A stretch of 64,000 nucleotides of DNA, taken from Candidatus Babeliales bacterium (GTDB lineage: Bacteria; Babelota; Babeliae; Babelales; JBFXEV01). Positions 40,795 to 50,614 of the stretch are shown in pieces. The notes beneath the pieces were generated by a model. The model was not told the origin of the DNA, made no database searches, and saw only the letters and a list, made by a program, of their open reading frames with translations. The position numbers and the translations under genes were made by a program. The stretch covers positions 1,257,994 to 1,321,993 of the forward strand of contig JBFXEV010000001.1 in the NCBI GenBank assembly GCA_050179755.1, given 5' to 3'. Position 1 is the first letter of the stretch. Each line of letters begins with the position of its first letter.

Positions 40795-42081
40795 GTGATG
40801 CATTACACACACATTAAGACCTTCATTATTATTAGTATGCTGCTACACACATGCTTGATTACCTGTATGCAGCAACAAGCGGTAACACCTGGGCAAGAAG
40901 TTGATGCACTTCTAGACGTGTATCGCAATGGCGTAAGCAGCCATTACTATCAAGTGGCCGCCCGCATCAACCAATGGCCGTTAGCTTTAACGACCGCAAT
41001 TTCGGATAAGAATATACATGCATGTTTATTCCGTTTGCCCACATCTAATCTAGAAGAATGGCGCGCCAAAAAGAACAAATCAACATTGCTGCATTTTACT
41101 GCAAGTGTTGGCTATTTTTCCTTTTGCAAGTTTCTTCTTATGACTGGCATACAATGGGATCTGAGCCTGCAAAATAAACGAGGCAAGACTCCATTTTCTT
41201 GTGCCGCCCTTAAGGGCCACATGGACATTTGCGAGTTACTTGTGCGGCATAATCCTGATAATCCTGGATTGCAAGATGATTGGCCACAGCTTGCATCTAC
41301 AATTAAAGCAATACCAGCAATTGTAAGGCATCTTAAAACCGAACAAGTTCAACGCATGCTTGCCCAATCCACATTTTTGCCAGATAATCGTGGATTACAA
41401 GAAGATTGGCAATCGCTTACATGTATAATTAAAGCAATACCAGAAATTATGGGGCATCTCAAAACCGATCAAGACCGACGCATGCTAACACAATCCACCT
41501 TGTTACCTTTTATTCCGTTGCCCGTGTTAATTTTCAAATTGCATGACTTTCTTGAAGCAATTGAACCATTATGGAACAGTTACGTGCATCGCCGGAAGGA
41601 CGTTAACGTCTTTCCTTTGCTCATGCAACACAAAGCAGGTTCTACTAAACAGATCCCCATACTTAGCTGGCAAGGGGCTGAAGAAAGCGTACAAAAGTGC
41701 AAAGATGAATTGCTTTACATTCTGCCTTTTTATCAACTCCATAAAGAGCGCAATAACGCAACTACGCCTACCGTAGATCCATTCTACAAGATGCGCCAAA
41801 CCCAACGTATATGTACACTACTTGCAATTCATAAGCTTCGCGCAGAATCACCAATTTCTTGGCTTACCAAAGATGTTATCCGGTACAAAATAGTGCCATT
41901 CCTCATTGGTAATGATGTTACTGATTGCGTTAATCAACAACTTATCTTATTGCAAGAACTTCTCTCTATTATAGAGTGCCGGAAAGACGCAACTCGGCCT
42001 CTTAATGTTGCTTTTAATCCAAAGCTGGTTGAGCAGCACCGAGAAATAATTACCAACACCACACGTAAACTCATGAACTAG
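40795..42081 (+). CDS. Exported ankyrin protein with an internal 42-aa tandem duplication and an F-box-like motif
   Basis: TLLHFTA, GKTPFSCAA; repeat at 41254-41505; WLTKDVIRYKIVPFL. Confidence 0.8.
   Translation: MMHYTHIKTFIIISMLLHTCLITCMQQQAVTPGQEVDALLDVYRNGVSSHYYQVAARINQWPLALTTAISDKNIHACLFRLPTSNLEEWRAKKNKSTLLHFTASVGYFSFCKFLLMTGIQWDLSLQNKRGKTPFSCAALKGHMDICELLVRHNPDNPGLQDDWPQLASTIKAIPAIVRHLKTEQVQRMLAQSTFLPDNRGLQEDWQSLTCIIKAIPEIMGHLKTDQDRRMLTQSTLLPFIPLPVLIFKLHDFLEAIEPLWNSYVHRRKDVNVFPLLMQHKAGSTKQIPILSWQGAEESVQKCKDELLYILPFYQLHKERNNATTPTVDPFYKMRQTQRICTLLAIHKLRAESPISWLTKDVIRYKIVPFLIGNDVTDCVNQQLILLQELLSIIECRKDATRPLNVAFNPKLVEQHREIITNTTRKLMN
41254..41505 (+). repeat. 2 x 126-bp in-frame tandem duplication
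   Basis: cctgataatcctggattgcaagatgattgg (41254) versus ccagataatcgtggattacaagaagattgg (41380). Confidence 0.88.
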
Positions 42082-42144
42082 TAGATGTGCTTCTTAAAGG
42101 TAGTTGGCACCTCTACAGTAATGAGCTGAAGTAATATTACTAGA

Positions 42145-42918
42145 CTATTGTTTTGTAGGAGAATCAATTTGTTCTTGCACAGCAGCCTTTATCCTAGGAG
42201 AATTTTTTATCACCCTGTTAACGCTTACGGTAATAGCATCACGCAATTCAGCTTCAGGAACATTTGGCAAATAACGCTGTGCCAGCGCTAGTTTTTCGGC
42301 AACAACCTGTGGCACTAATTGAGCTGCAATAAACGCACCCACATCTTTCACAACTCCCCCTGTTCGTCTTATTTTAAATGCAATAATTCCTGGTATTACG
42401 TGTTGAATTTCGGCAGGAGAAGCTGTTGTGAGCATTGCCTTTAAGGCGGGAGCAATAATTTGTGGTTCTTCATGTTGCGAATGTTCTAAAATATTATCCA
42501 ATGGCGTTTTGCCAAAGCTATTTCTCACATTTTTATCAGCACCCAATTCTATCAATTGTACAATGGCATTAGTTGCCAATTGATTGGCAGCATGATGCAA
42601 TGGCATATCGCCTACATTATTTTTGTGATCAATCCTAAGACCAGCAGCAACAAGCAATGGTATTGCATTAAGTTGATTATAGTTATCCCGACTGATAGCA
42701 AGCCATAAGAAACTTGATCCACTCATATCCAAGGTCAAGGTTTTAGGATCAGCACCAGCATTAACCAGTTGCACCACTTCTGTCATATTCTGGGCAGCAG
42801 CGGCAGAGCGTAATTGCTGATTTAGTGTCTTTGGCTGGCCATCTTCGGCCATGGCAGTAACTGATCCAGTTTTTAGGCACATGAAGGTAATTAAGATCAA
42901 CATTATTCTTTTTTTCAT
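42145..42918 (-). CDS. Exported ankyrin protein with a TTxSP helical domain
   Basis: GDMPLHHAA, GKTPLD; MLTTASPAEIQH...EKLALAQRYLP. Confidence 0.86.
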   Translation of the reverse strand: MKKRIMLILITFMCLKTGSVTAMAEDGQPKTLNQQLRSAAAAQNMTEVVQLVNAGADPKTLTLDMSGSSFLWLAISRDNYNQLNAIPLLVAAGLRIDHKNNVGDMPLHHAANQLATNAIVQLIELGADKNVRNSFGKTPLDNILEHSQHEEPQIIAPALKAMLTTASPAEIQHVIPGIIAFKIRRTGGVVKDVGAFIAAQLVPQVVAEKLALAQRYLPNVPEAELRDAITVSVNRVIKNSPRIKAAVQEQIDSPTKQ

Positions 42919-43464
42919 GACAAAACGCTCCTTTAAAAAATAAATCTATTATAATTACCTATTTCCTTAATTACAACATAACATAAATTGATATTGTAAG
43001 ACAATATTTTATTTCTAATAGTACCTCGCCTCGCGCATCATAGCATTTCCTTGATCGGGCTGTTGCGTGATTTAAGGAATGCGCTTACGCATAGTGCCGC
43101 AAAAATTGCTAGTTCCAAAACAGTGGGCCGCCCTTCTTCCCTTTTAAGAGAAGAGAAAAATATATGATGAGAAAGTTTTAGGCATCTTGAAACTGGTAAA
43201 TACGTTTTTTACATACATTTACCATATTCTTAAAAATCAACACTCATTAGTGAAAAGGAAAAGAAAATAGAATCAACGAAAATTACAAAATCTAGTGCGT
43301 GCTTTGGTGCGAGCGCTTTTTTATTTTTACATGACGTGCGATTGGTTTTTATGTTTACGCGCGTTTTATTATGTGGTTTTCAAGAGAGCTATTTTTAATG
43401 TAGTGAATTTTATGCCTCTCTATTATTGAAATTAAACAATAACCTAAACCTATTTTATAAGAAT

Positions 43465-43745
43465 TTAGCATAGTCATATATATACATATACATAGGAATA
43501 TAGAGTACGTATAACTCACTATCTATGTTTATTCTATTCTTATACATAATAGGCCGCTAGGAAGAGTAGGAAGAAGTCTTAGTAGAGAGCGATCGTAATA
43601 GTATATAGAATAATACGTATGTCTTATATATAAATAATCAACTCTATTAATAATCAGACATACAAATAATCATATATATAAACTATATATACATAATATA
43701 CATATATATATATAAATAATCCGATATATAAATAATTAGAGAGTA
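43465..43745. repeat. Very AT-rich, TA-dinucleotide-rich low-complexity tract with 3 copies of atatataaataat
   Basis: Copies at 43626, 43708 and 43724; no ORF. Confidence 0.75.
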
Positions 43746-43749
43746 TGTA

Positions 43750-43972
43750 GCTAGGGCAAGTGGCCCTTAACGGAGTCGGGCGCCATCAGCTCCATCTTGA
43801 ACCCCTTGTAAAGCTTACAAAGCTCGTGCCCCCGTGAAAAAGCTGAGGGGGACTGACGGAGTGCCGGGAGCGCGCAGTCAAGAAGGCTACCCTCCGGAAA
43901 TTCACGCGAAGGCTGGAAGTGCCGTCTCCGCTGCGGCGAATTCGGCCAAGGCTCTTCAAGGGATTCTGGTCC
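43750..43972 (+). ncRNA. Candidate structured non-coding RNA of unassigned family
   Basis: GC-rich intergenic island with several stems enclosed by cttgaa(43796)/ttcaag(43955); strand is tentative. Confidence 0.5.
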
Positions 43973-44012
43973 AAATAAATATTACACGACATTTGTGCAA
44001 CCTGCACGAACA

Positions 44013-44042
44013 AAAGCTGGCAAGCTTTCGCCTGCCAGCTTT
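44013..44042. terminator. Bidirectional terminator-like hairpin
   Basis: aaagctggca...tgccagcttt. Confidence 0.7.
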
Positions 44043-44062
44043 CTCTACAAATATCTTAGTTA

Positions 44063-44416
44063 TTAATTACCGTAAGTCATACCGTAACCAACCACTTTGC
44101 CACTTGCATCATGATATGCAGTGCCCTGTAATTTACCTTGGAAATATTCACGCGTCATAGTAGTAGCCGTAGGATATTTCAATTTCACACGATCAATTTC
44201 CGCGCGAATCGCAGGAGTTAAATTTTCATTATGATCAACATTTACTAATGTATAAACAACTTCAGCATTATCGCCATCAGTTACTATAACGCCAAATTTT
44301 GTACTCGGTTTTACTGGTGTGCCAACGCGCGCATAATCGCCCACCATAGCACAAAGCAAGCCTGTAGACAGTAATACATAAGCAAATAAAGCTCTATTTA
44401 ATTTAGTATTCATCAT
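44063..44416 (-). CDS. Small exported protein, paralogue of 44474..44884
   Basis: Signal ending LCA|M; shares the K.G.I...TL...K..P.A...G...D.SGK.V pattern. Confidence 0.72.
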   Translation of the reverse strand: MMNTKLNRALFAYVLLSTGLLCAMVGDYARVGTPVKPSTKFGVIVTDGDNAEVVYTLVNVDHNENLTPAIRAEIDRVKLKYPTATTMTREYFQGKLQGTAYHDASGKVVGYGMTYGN

Positions 44417-44427
44417 GATTATCCTTT

Positions 44428-44464
44428 TTTAAAGGCTTGCACCAAAAACATGCAAGCCTTTAAA
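44428..44464. terminator. Hairpin between the paralogous pair
   Basis: tttaaaggcttgca...tgcaagcctttaaa. Confidence 0.65.
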
Positions 44465-44473
44465 CAGCAAAAA

Positions 44474-44884
44474 TTAGTTTGTGTAATATATATCTCTGCT
44501 TAAATCAAATACCGGCTTGCCAGATGTTGTGTCATAAAATACCGTCATACCTTTAACGGTGCCAACAGTTTGAACGCCCGTACCCAATAGTGCGCGTTGC
44601 GCATCTGGATTTTGTTTCTTTAATTGAAGTAACGTCTTTTTAACTGAATCAGTAATTTTAGCATTGCCTTCAATATCATTAAGATCATAAAGCGTCAATA
44701 CACCATGCTCAGTATAAATAGGGTCACCATAGCTAGAAAACGTAATTGAACCAATCTTTTTTAAGTGCGTAGTTGGCGCAAAGGTGCGTGTTTCTGCAGC
44801 CTTAATTTTTAACTCTTGGGCAACGATTGAGTTGCTTACAATCAAAGTTAACGCGGCAAGCGCAGCTGTCATAAATTTATTCAT
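44474..44884 (-). CDS. Small exported protein
   Basis: GAGGAG RBS; signal ending IVA|Q. Confidence 0.75.
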   Translation of the reverse strand: MNKFMTAALAALTLIVSNSIVAQELKIKAAETRTFAPTTHLKKIGSITFSSYGDPIYTEHGVLTLYDLNDIEGNAKITDSVKKTLLQLKKQNPDAQRALLGTGVQTVGTVKGMTVFYDTTSGKPVFDLSRDIYYTN

Positions 44885-45129
44885 GAAATACTCCTCATTT
44901 GTATGTAATTATATATAAGCCAAAATCACCCGACTTGGCCATTCCTCACTCTCATTGTAACAATTTAGTATCATAATTATCAATAATCTTTTCTGTTTTG
45001 ATTTAATAGCCGCATTCCGCGCGCATTACACGACAATTAAGCAAAACCAAAACAACCCCCCTTCTCTTTAAAAAATCTCCAAAATAACCCATCATGTATA
45101 ATGAGCTTGCCATAAGCATTTTATCAACC

Positions 45130-45156
45130 AAATCTGAGTCAGTTACTATAAGATTT
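45130..45156. promoter_or_regulatory. Possible HspR (HAIR-like) operator upstream of dnaK
   Basis: aaaTCTGAGT-cagttac-TATAAGAttt: imperfect dyad with the 7-bp spacer of CTTGAGT-N7-ACTCAAG; an hspR homologue is in the window. Confidence 0.4.
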
Positions 45157-45169
45157 TTTACAGTAGTTG

Positions 45170-45198
45170 TTGACATTTCTTTACAATACAGCTATAAA
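45170..45198 (+). promoter_or_regulatory. Sigma70-type promoter of dnaK
   Basis: TTGACA-17 bp-TATAAA. Confidence 0.7.
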
Positions 45199-45299
45199 TT
45201 ATAGAGCATTGCAAGTCCCTCCACGCTTGGCTTGGCTGGATGTCCGGGATTGCTCACAAAACTAAACAAAAAACAGTATGTTTTTATCAAAGGATATGT

Positions 45300-47180
45300 A
45301 TGGGAAAAATTATAGGAATTGACTTAGGAACAACCAACTCAGCTGTCTCCTTTATGGAAGGCGGCAAGCCAAAAATCATCCCAAGCAAAGAAGGCACTAA
45401 TACTATACCATCAATAGTAGCTTTCACCAAAGATGGCCAGCGCTTAGTAGGCACCGTGGCAAAACGCCAAGCGGTCACTAACCCAGAAAATACCATCTTC
45501 TCTGCAAAGCGCTTTATTGGTCATAAATATGATGAAGTGACCAATGAAATCAAAAACATGCCATATAAGCTGACCAAGCGCCCTAATGGCGATGTGGCAA
45601 TTATTGCACAAGGTAAAGAATATACGCCGCAAGAAATCGCAGCTGCCATCTTGGGCCTTATCAAGCAAACAGCAGAAGACTACCTCGGTGAAAAAATCAC
45701 TGAAGCAGTAATCACCGTACCAGCATACTTTAATGACTCACAACGCCAAGCTACCAAAGATGCTGGCCGGATTGCAGGCCTTGACGTAAAGCGTATTATT
45801 AACGAACCTACGGCAGCAGCGCTTGCCTATGGTGCTGACAAAAAGAAAGAAGGCACTATCGCAGTGTTTGACTTTGGTGGTGGTACGTTTGACGTATCTA
45901 TCTTAGAAGTATCTGATGGCGTGGTGGAAGTGAAATCGACCAATGGCGATACGCATCTTGGGGGTGATGACATTGACCAACGCTTGATTGATTACTTGGT
46001 AGAAGAGTTCAAAAAAGAACAAGGCATTGATCTTAAAAAAGATCCTATGGCGCTCCAACGGCTTAAAGAAGCTGCTGAAAAAGCTAAAAAGGAACTTTCA
46101 ACGCTTTCTGAAACCGAAATTAACCTGCCATACATCACGGCAGACCAATCTGGCCCTAAGCACTTAAATATTAAAATAACTCGTGCAAAGCTTGAAGCAT
46201 TGTGCAGTGATTTATTTGCACGCCTTCTTGAGCCGTGCAAAAAAGCACTCAAAGATGCTGGCCTTTCAGTAGATAAAATTGATGAAGTAATCTTGGTAGG
46301 TGGTTCAACCCGTATGCCTAAAGTACAAGAACTAGTGAAACAGTTCTTTGGCAAAGAACCAAATCGTTCAGTAAACCCTGATGAAGTGGTGGCAGACGGT
46401 GCAGCAATTCAAGGCGCAGTACTTGCCGGTGACGTGACTGACGTATTATTACTTGATGTAACACCATTATCTTTAGGTATTGAAACTTTAGGTGGCGTGG
46501 TGACTAAGCTCATTGAGCGCAATACAACTATCCCTGCCAAAAAGTCACAAATATTTTCCACAGCAGAAGATAATCAAACATCTGTGGAAATCCGTGTGTT
46601 CCAAGGTGAGCGTGAATTTGCAAAAGACAATAAAATGCTTGGCCAATTTAAGCTAGACGGCATCCCTGCAGCGCCACGCGGCGTACCACAAGTAGAAGTA
46701 ACGTTTGATATTGACGCCAATGGTATCTTGCACGTTTCTGCAAAAGATAAAGCATCTGGCAAACAGCAAACTATCACTATTACTGCGGGCAGCGGTCTTT
46801 CTGAAGCTGAAATTAAGAAAATGGTTGATGATGCCAAAGCACATGAAGCTGAAGATAAAGCAGCTCGTGAAGTGGTTGAAGAACGCAATAAGCTTGACGG
46901 CATGATCCTGCATGTTGAAAAAACTGTTACTGAAAACAAAGACAAACTCCCCGCAGAAGAGGTTTCTAAAGTAGAAGCTGCACTTGAAGTGGCAAAACAA
47001 GCACTCAAAGAGCATGCTGATAATAAAGAAGCGCTCAAGAATGCGCATGATGAACTTATTAAAGCTTCTCATAAAGTTGCTGAGATTTTGTATAAGCAAG
47101 GTCAAGGCGAGCAAAGCGCAGGAGCAAGCGAAGAAGGACCAAAAGAAGGCCCTATTGACGCTGAAATAAACGAACAATAA
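45300..47180 (+). CDS. dnaK: Chaperone DnaK (Hsp70)
   Basis: [34 protein letters not shown]; start MGKIIG. Confidence 0.99.
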   Translation: MGKIIGIDLGTTNSAVSFMEGGKPKIIPSKEGTNTIPSIVAFTKDGQRLVGTVAKRQAVTNPENTIFSAKRFIGHKYDEVTNEIKNMPYKLTKRPNGDVAIIAQGKEYTPQEIAAAILGLIKQTAEDYLGEKITEAVITVPAYFNDSQRQATKDAGRIAGLDVKRIINEPTAAALAYGADKKKEGTIAVFDFGGGTFDVSILEVSDGVVEVKSTNGDTHLGGDDIDQRLIDYLVEEFKKEQGIDLKKDPMALQRLKEAAEKAKKELSTLSETEINLPYITADQSGPKHLNIKITRAKLEALCSDLFARLLEPCKKALKDAGLSVDKIDEVILVGGSTRMPKVQELVKQFFGKEPNRSVNPDEVVADGAAIQGAVLAGDVTDVLLLDVTPLSLGIETLGGVVTKLIERNTTIPAKKSQIFSTAEDNQTSVEIRVFQGEREFAKDNKMLGQFKLDGIPAAPRGVPQVEVTFDIDANGILHVSAKDKASGKQQTITITAGSGLSEAEIKKMVDDAKAHEAEDKAAREVVEERNKLDGMILHVEKTVTENKDKLPAEEVSKVEAALEVAKQALKEHADNKEALKNAHDELIKASHKVAEILYKQGQGEQSAGASEEGPKEGPIDAEINEQ

Positions 47181-47196
47181 AGCTTGATTCCATAAA

Positions 47197-47226
47197 AAAG
47201 GTGGGAATCTTTCGATTCCCACCTTT
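47197..47226. terminator. Intrinsic terminator after dnaK
   Basis: aaaggtgggaatc-tttc-gattcccaccttt. Confidence 0.85.
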
Positions 47227-47260
47227 ACTTCAATTACCTAGTATGAGAGGGGGTTTATTA

Positions 47261-48646
47261 TTATTTTGCTCCCTGGCTCTTGAGAAAATCTTCTAATGAC
47301 TTTTGTTTATTGTAGCGAGCTTTGAATAAGGGCGTTTCCTTATTAACATTGGGTGCATTTACCGTAGCTCCTGCCTTAAGCAATAATTCAGCAGCGCGTA
47401 AACAACCGTAATAAGCAGCCTCGTGCAATGGCATGTTGCCATATGCGTCGGGTTGATTGATTGTTTTGGTTTTTTCATTAATAAAGATAGCTACCAACTG
47501 TGTTAAATCACAATTACCTGCAGCTATGTGCAAGGGCGTTTTCTTTTCTTTAATTAACTTTTGCTCAAGTTGTGGCAATATTTCTTTTTCAATAATGGTG
47601 AATATGCCTGTTTGGTTAGCAAACTTAGTTGCATTATCATCAAGGCCAATGCGCTGCATTAATTCATTTTTCAACTGCATAAATATAGCAAGCTGTTCAG
47701 ATTTATCATATGTACGAATAAAGCCAAATATAAAGCTTGTAAGCGCTACGGCATACCAGCGCTTCAGCAGCTCTTTGTTGCCTTGAAAGAAATCTGGGTT
47801 ACCTCGTTCCATTATGCGAGGTGATAACACAAAGAGTTTAGACAAGTCCTCACTGATACTTCTTGGTTCTTCAAGACTTCTTGCAAAGCCTTCATTATCG
47901 ATCAGGGTAACTAAGCGAGATTTTGGATCATAAAAAATGTTACCTGCATGCAAATCTTTATGAATAACTGTTTTATTCAGAGCACCATATTGCTTATAGA
48001 ATCTGGCCATTGCTGCACCAAGATCATAATACGCCTGGCTTGCAAGATCCATTGCTGCTTGACTAGATTGGCTTTTAACTTGTTCCATTACCGATTGTAA
48101 TGAATTACCTTTTGCTTTTGACATGAGAACTAAGTAATGATCTCTTTTGCCATCATTGTATTTTAAATACGTTCGCGCCAGTATTAAACTTAAATTATTC
48201 TTTTTCTCTGGATGAATGTACGGCTCTAGCCTAAGTGAATTATATGCGCGCTCAAGACGCGCAATTTCTTCTTTTGGCTTCATGGTATATTTAATTTCTT
48301 TCAAAATATACTGATTGCCATTTTCACTTGTAACCATGAAAAGTTGTTCATTTGCCCAGTGGGCAGTTTTAGCTACGTCAAGCATTGAGCGAGCTTTGGC
48401 TATTTTTTTTAAGCTTTCAGGAGCTTCACCTTTTTGGGCTGCATGTTCCAAAAAAAGTTTTACAGAACGGCTGTTACCTTCTTTATCGTCAACTTTAAAA
48501 TGCCCAGTTTCTTTAGCAAACTGTATTTTGTCTGATGGCTCAATAGTATATATGGGTCGTTTTAGCGGCTTGGGGCTTTGCGGAGCCATTGCAAGCACGG
48601 ATGGAATAAATAGACCTATTAATAACAACTTGCTATATGTATTCAC
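47261..48646 (-). CDS. Exported protein-kinase-like protein with C-terminal ankyrin repeats
   Basis: GGAG RBS + GTG start; signal ending VLA|M; YILKE, IHKDLHAGNI, LIDNE; TPLHIAA, MPLHEAA, ETPLF. Confidence 0.85.
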   Translation of the reverse strand: MNTYSKLLLIGLFIPSVLAMAPQSPKPLKRPIYTIEPSDKIQFAKETGHFKVDDKEGNSRSVKLFLEHAAQKGEAPESLKKIAKARSMLDVAKTAHWANEQLFMVTSENGNQYILKEIKYTMKPKEEIARLERAYNSLRLEPYIHPEKKNNLSLILARTYLKYNDGKRDHYLVLMSKAKGNSLQSVMEQVKSQSSQAAMDLASQAYYDLGAAMARFYKQYGALNKTVIHKDLHAGNIFYDPKSRLVTLIDNEGFARSLEEPRSISEDLSKLFVLSPRIMERGNPDFFQGNKELLKRWYAVALTSFIFGFIRTYDKSEQLAIFMQLKNELMQRIGLDDNATKFANQTGIFTIIEKEILPQLEQKLIKEKKTPLHIAAGNCDLTQLVAIFINEKTKTINQPDAYGNMPLHEAAYYGCLRAAELLLKAGATVNAPNVNKETPLFKARYNKQKSLEDFLKSQGAK

Positions 48647-48956
48647 GGAATCTCCATTTTCTGCTTCATACCAAATTCTGGTAAAAATCACTTCTACTCA
48701 TAATAAAGCATAACAATTTTAAGCAGCAAAACGCCATAGTTAACCCTATTGACGCTGAAGATTCAGAAGAATAAAAGCATTTTACGTGAAACTTGCACAA
48801 CTTAATCAGCGTTTGTTCGATCTGCAAAATGTACAAGAAGATTTGCAGAATATACACATAAGAATTCTTTCTTTATTGTACTGCCAGTAATCAATGTTAA
48901 TAATGGCACAGAAGTTTCAAAAGAGTAATTTTATGGGGACCACAGGGTCCACTTTT

Positions 48957-49853
48957 TTAAAATCGTATATAACCTTGCTTTAACTCTTCTTGATAAAAAA
49001 TCACCAAGCCAATCACCACTACAAATAGTGAAAAGAAAAAGGTAAGCGTCACCTGCTCACCCAAGAAATACCACCCAAAAATAGCCGCATACAAAGGGCA
49101 TAAAAATCCGGCAAATGACATAAAAGTTGCCGTATACGTGCGCAGGAGATAGCCATATAAATTATAATAAATTAAATTAGCTGTAATTATGACTGCTATA
49201 GTAATTTTTAAAAACTGCGCCCAGTCACTCACGGGTACCGGATTCCATGCTTCAAACACGCCCGAAGTCACTAATGCAAGCAATCCACCACCCATCATAC
49301 CAATGCCATTGATAGCAAGCGGTGAATAACCATCTTTAACTAGCATTCGCATTACAATCCAACCAACTACGGCAGCAAATACCGAACATATCATCAAAAA
49401 TTCACCCCACGATATACAGCATAAAGAATCACCGGGCGCTTGCACTAACAATTCTGGCACAAATCCTACAAATCCAATAAGTAACCCTAGCCATTTTTTA
49501 GGCGTCATATGCTCGCTAAAATAGAAATAGGAAAATAACGCAGTAATAAATGGTGATAGATTATAAATAAAAGCACCTCTAAATGAACTCATATACTGCA
49601 GCGCAAGCAAATCAAATACATACGAAAAATAAATATGCATAAGCACAATGAGTGCAAATTTGCCGTACTCTTTTTTGCGCACTGCAAGCATATATGGATT
49701 GCGCCAGTAGCAATAAGCAAGCAATACGGCTCCTGCTAGGATCATGCGAAATGCCACAAAAAAAATAGGTGCGGAATATGCAAGGACCGCTTTTGCAAGC
49801 GTAAAACTAATGGCAATAAACGCGTAAGAAAGAAGAAGGAGTAATAATTTCAT
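48957..49853 (-). CDS. EamA/DMT family transporter
   Basis: About 10 TMs; FRMILAG, LSPFITAL, PLYAAIFGWYFLGE. Confidence 0.9.
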   Translation of the reverse strand: MKLLLLLLSYAFIAISFTLAKAVLAYSAPIFFVAFRMILAGAVLLAYCYWRNPYMLAVRKKEYGKFALIVLMHIYFSYVFDLLALQYMSSFRGAFIYNLSPFITALFSYFYFSEHMTPKKWLGLLIGFVGFVPELLVQAPGDSLCCISWGEFLMICSVFAAVVGWIVMRMLVKDGYSPLAINGIGMMGGGLLALVTSGVFEAWNPVPVSDWAQFLKITIAVIITANLIYYNLYGYLLRTYTATFMSFAGFLCPLYAAIFGWYFLGEQVTLTFFFSLFVVVIGLVIFYQEELKQGYIRF

Positions 49854-49872
49854 TTTAATAACTTTTAATTGT

Positions 49873-49983
49873 CCCGCTCAGAACCCTTCGATACATCCGT
49901 CATTTGCCTATTGCCCATAATATAATCACGGTCATGGAAACTTAAAGTACAACACATAAATGATGGACTACTCAGGGAGTGGG
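49873..49983 (-). repeat. REP-like palindromic element (CCCTTCGATAC...CTCAGGG family)
   Basis: cccgctc..cccttcgatac[tccgtcattt...aaatgatgga]ctactcagggagtggg. Confidence 0.7.
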
Positions 49984-50028
49984 TTGTATAATAATACATT
50001 GAATAATTTTTTACTATAACTTTTTTCA

Positions 50029-50094
50029 CCGCTCACCCTGAGTGATTCTACGTAGCAAAGCGAAGTAGAATTGTATCGAAGGGTCTTTGAGCGG
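50029..50094 (+). repeat. REP-like palindromic element, inverted partner of 49873..49983
   Basis: ccgctcaccctgagtg[attctac...gtagaat]tgtatcgaaggg..gagcgg. Confidence 0.78.
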
Positions 50095-50162
50095 TATTCA
50101 AATAACAGACCCGTCACTTTCCAAGAAAATGACGGGTCTGTATAACATTTTTACTGGATATC

Positions 50163-50390
50163 TTAGCAAACGTCGCAAGAATCGCAGCCAACCATTGCCC
50201 AAACGAACATTGCAAGGCTTACAAGACCAGAAAGTGCAACCAACCACACTGCAGCGTCATGAAGACCTGCTGGCAAGTAACCCATTAAGTCGTGACCACG
50301 AGCTGCAAGCCCGTAGTTAAGCGCTGCAAGGCCTGTTACAACCCACGTTACCATACCCACTAATCTAAGGACTGGAGATTTATTCATCAT
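50163..50390 (-). CDS. Small two-TM membrane protein (DUF378-like) with a Cys-rich tail
   Basis: GLAALNYGL motif; ends CDSCDVC; GGGAG RBS. Confidence 0.6.
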   Translation of the reverse strand: MMNKSPVLRLVGMVTWVVTGLAALNYGLAARGHDLMGYLPAGLHDAAVWLVALSGLVSLAMFVWAMVGCDSCDVC

Positions 50391-50614
50391 AAAAATTCTC
50401 CCTTTTAAGTAAAAAATTGAACGACAATACCACATCTAATCAAAATTTTGCATATTTTTGCAATAAATGCAATAGTTTGAACAAAAAAAATTTATCTAAC
50501 TGACTGATAAGCCTTTTCATAAGGTTTTTTTATAGACAAGAAACTAGTTGCACGATATCTTTTTTTAAAGCAAACTGAGAAATATATCTTATAAATTCAA
50601 GGAAACACCCACTC

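Noticed and set aside
43750..43972. tmRNA, RNase P, SRP RNA or a known riboswitch
   Set aside because: I could not find their diagnostic conserved motifs on either strand by eye; kept as an unassigned candidate.
43786..44160. ORFs 43786..44013(-) and 43834..44160(+)
   Set aside because: No RBS or recognisable motifs, and one overlaps a better antisense gene; likely by-products of the GC-rich island.
45992..47222. Long antisense ORFs opposite dnaK (similar ones lie opposite recA, the PpiD-like gene and 53129..55474)
   Set aside because: Shadow frames of well-supported genes.
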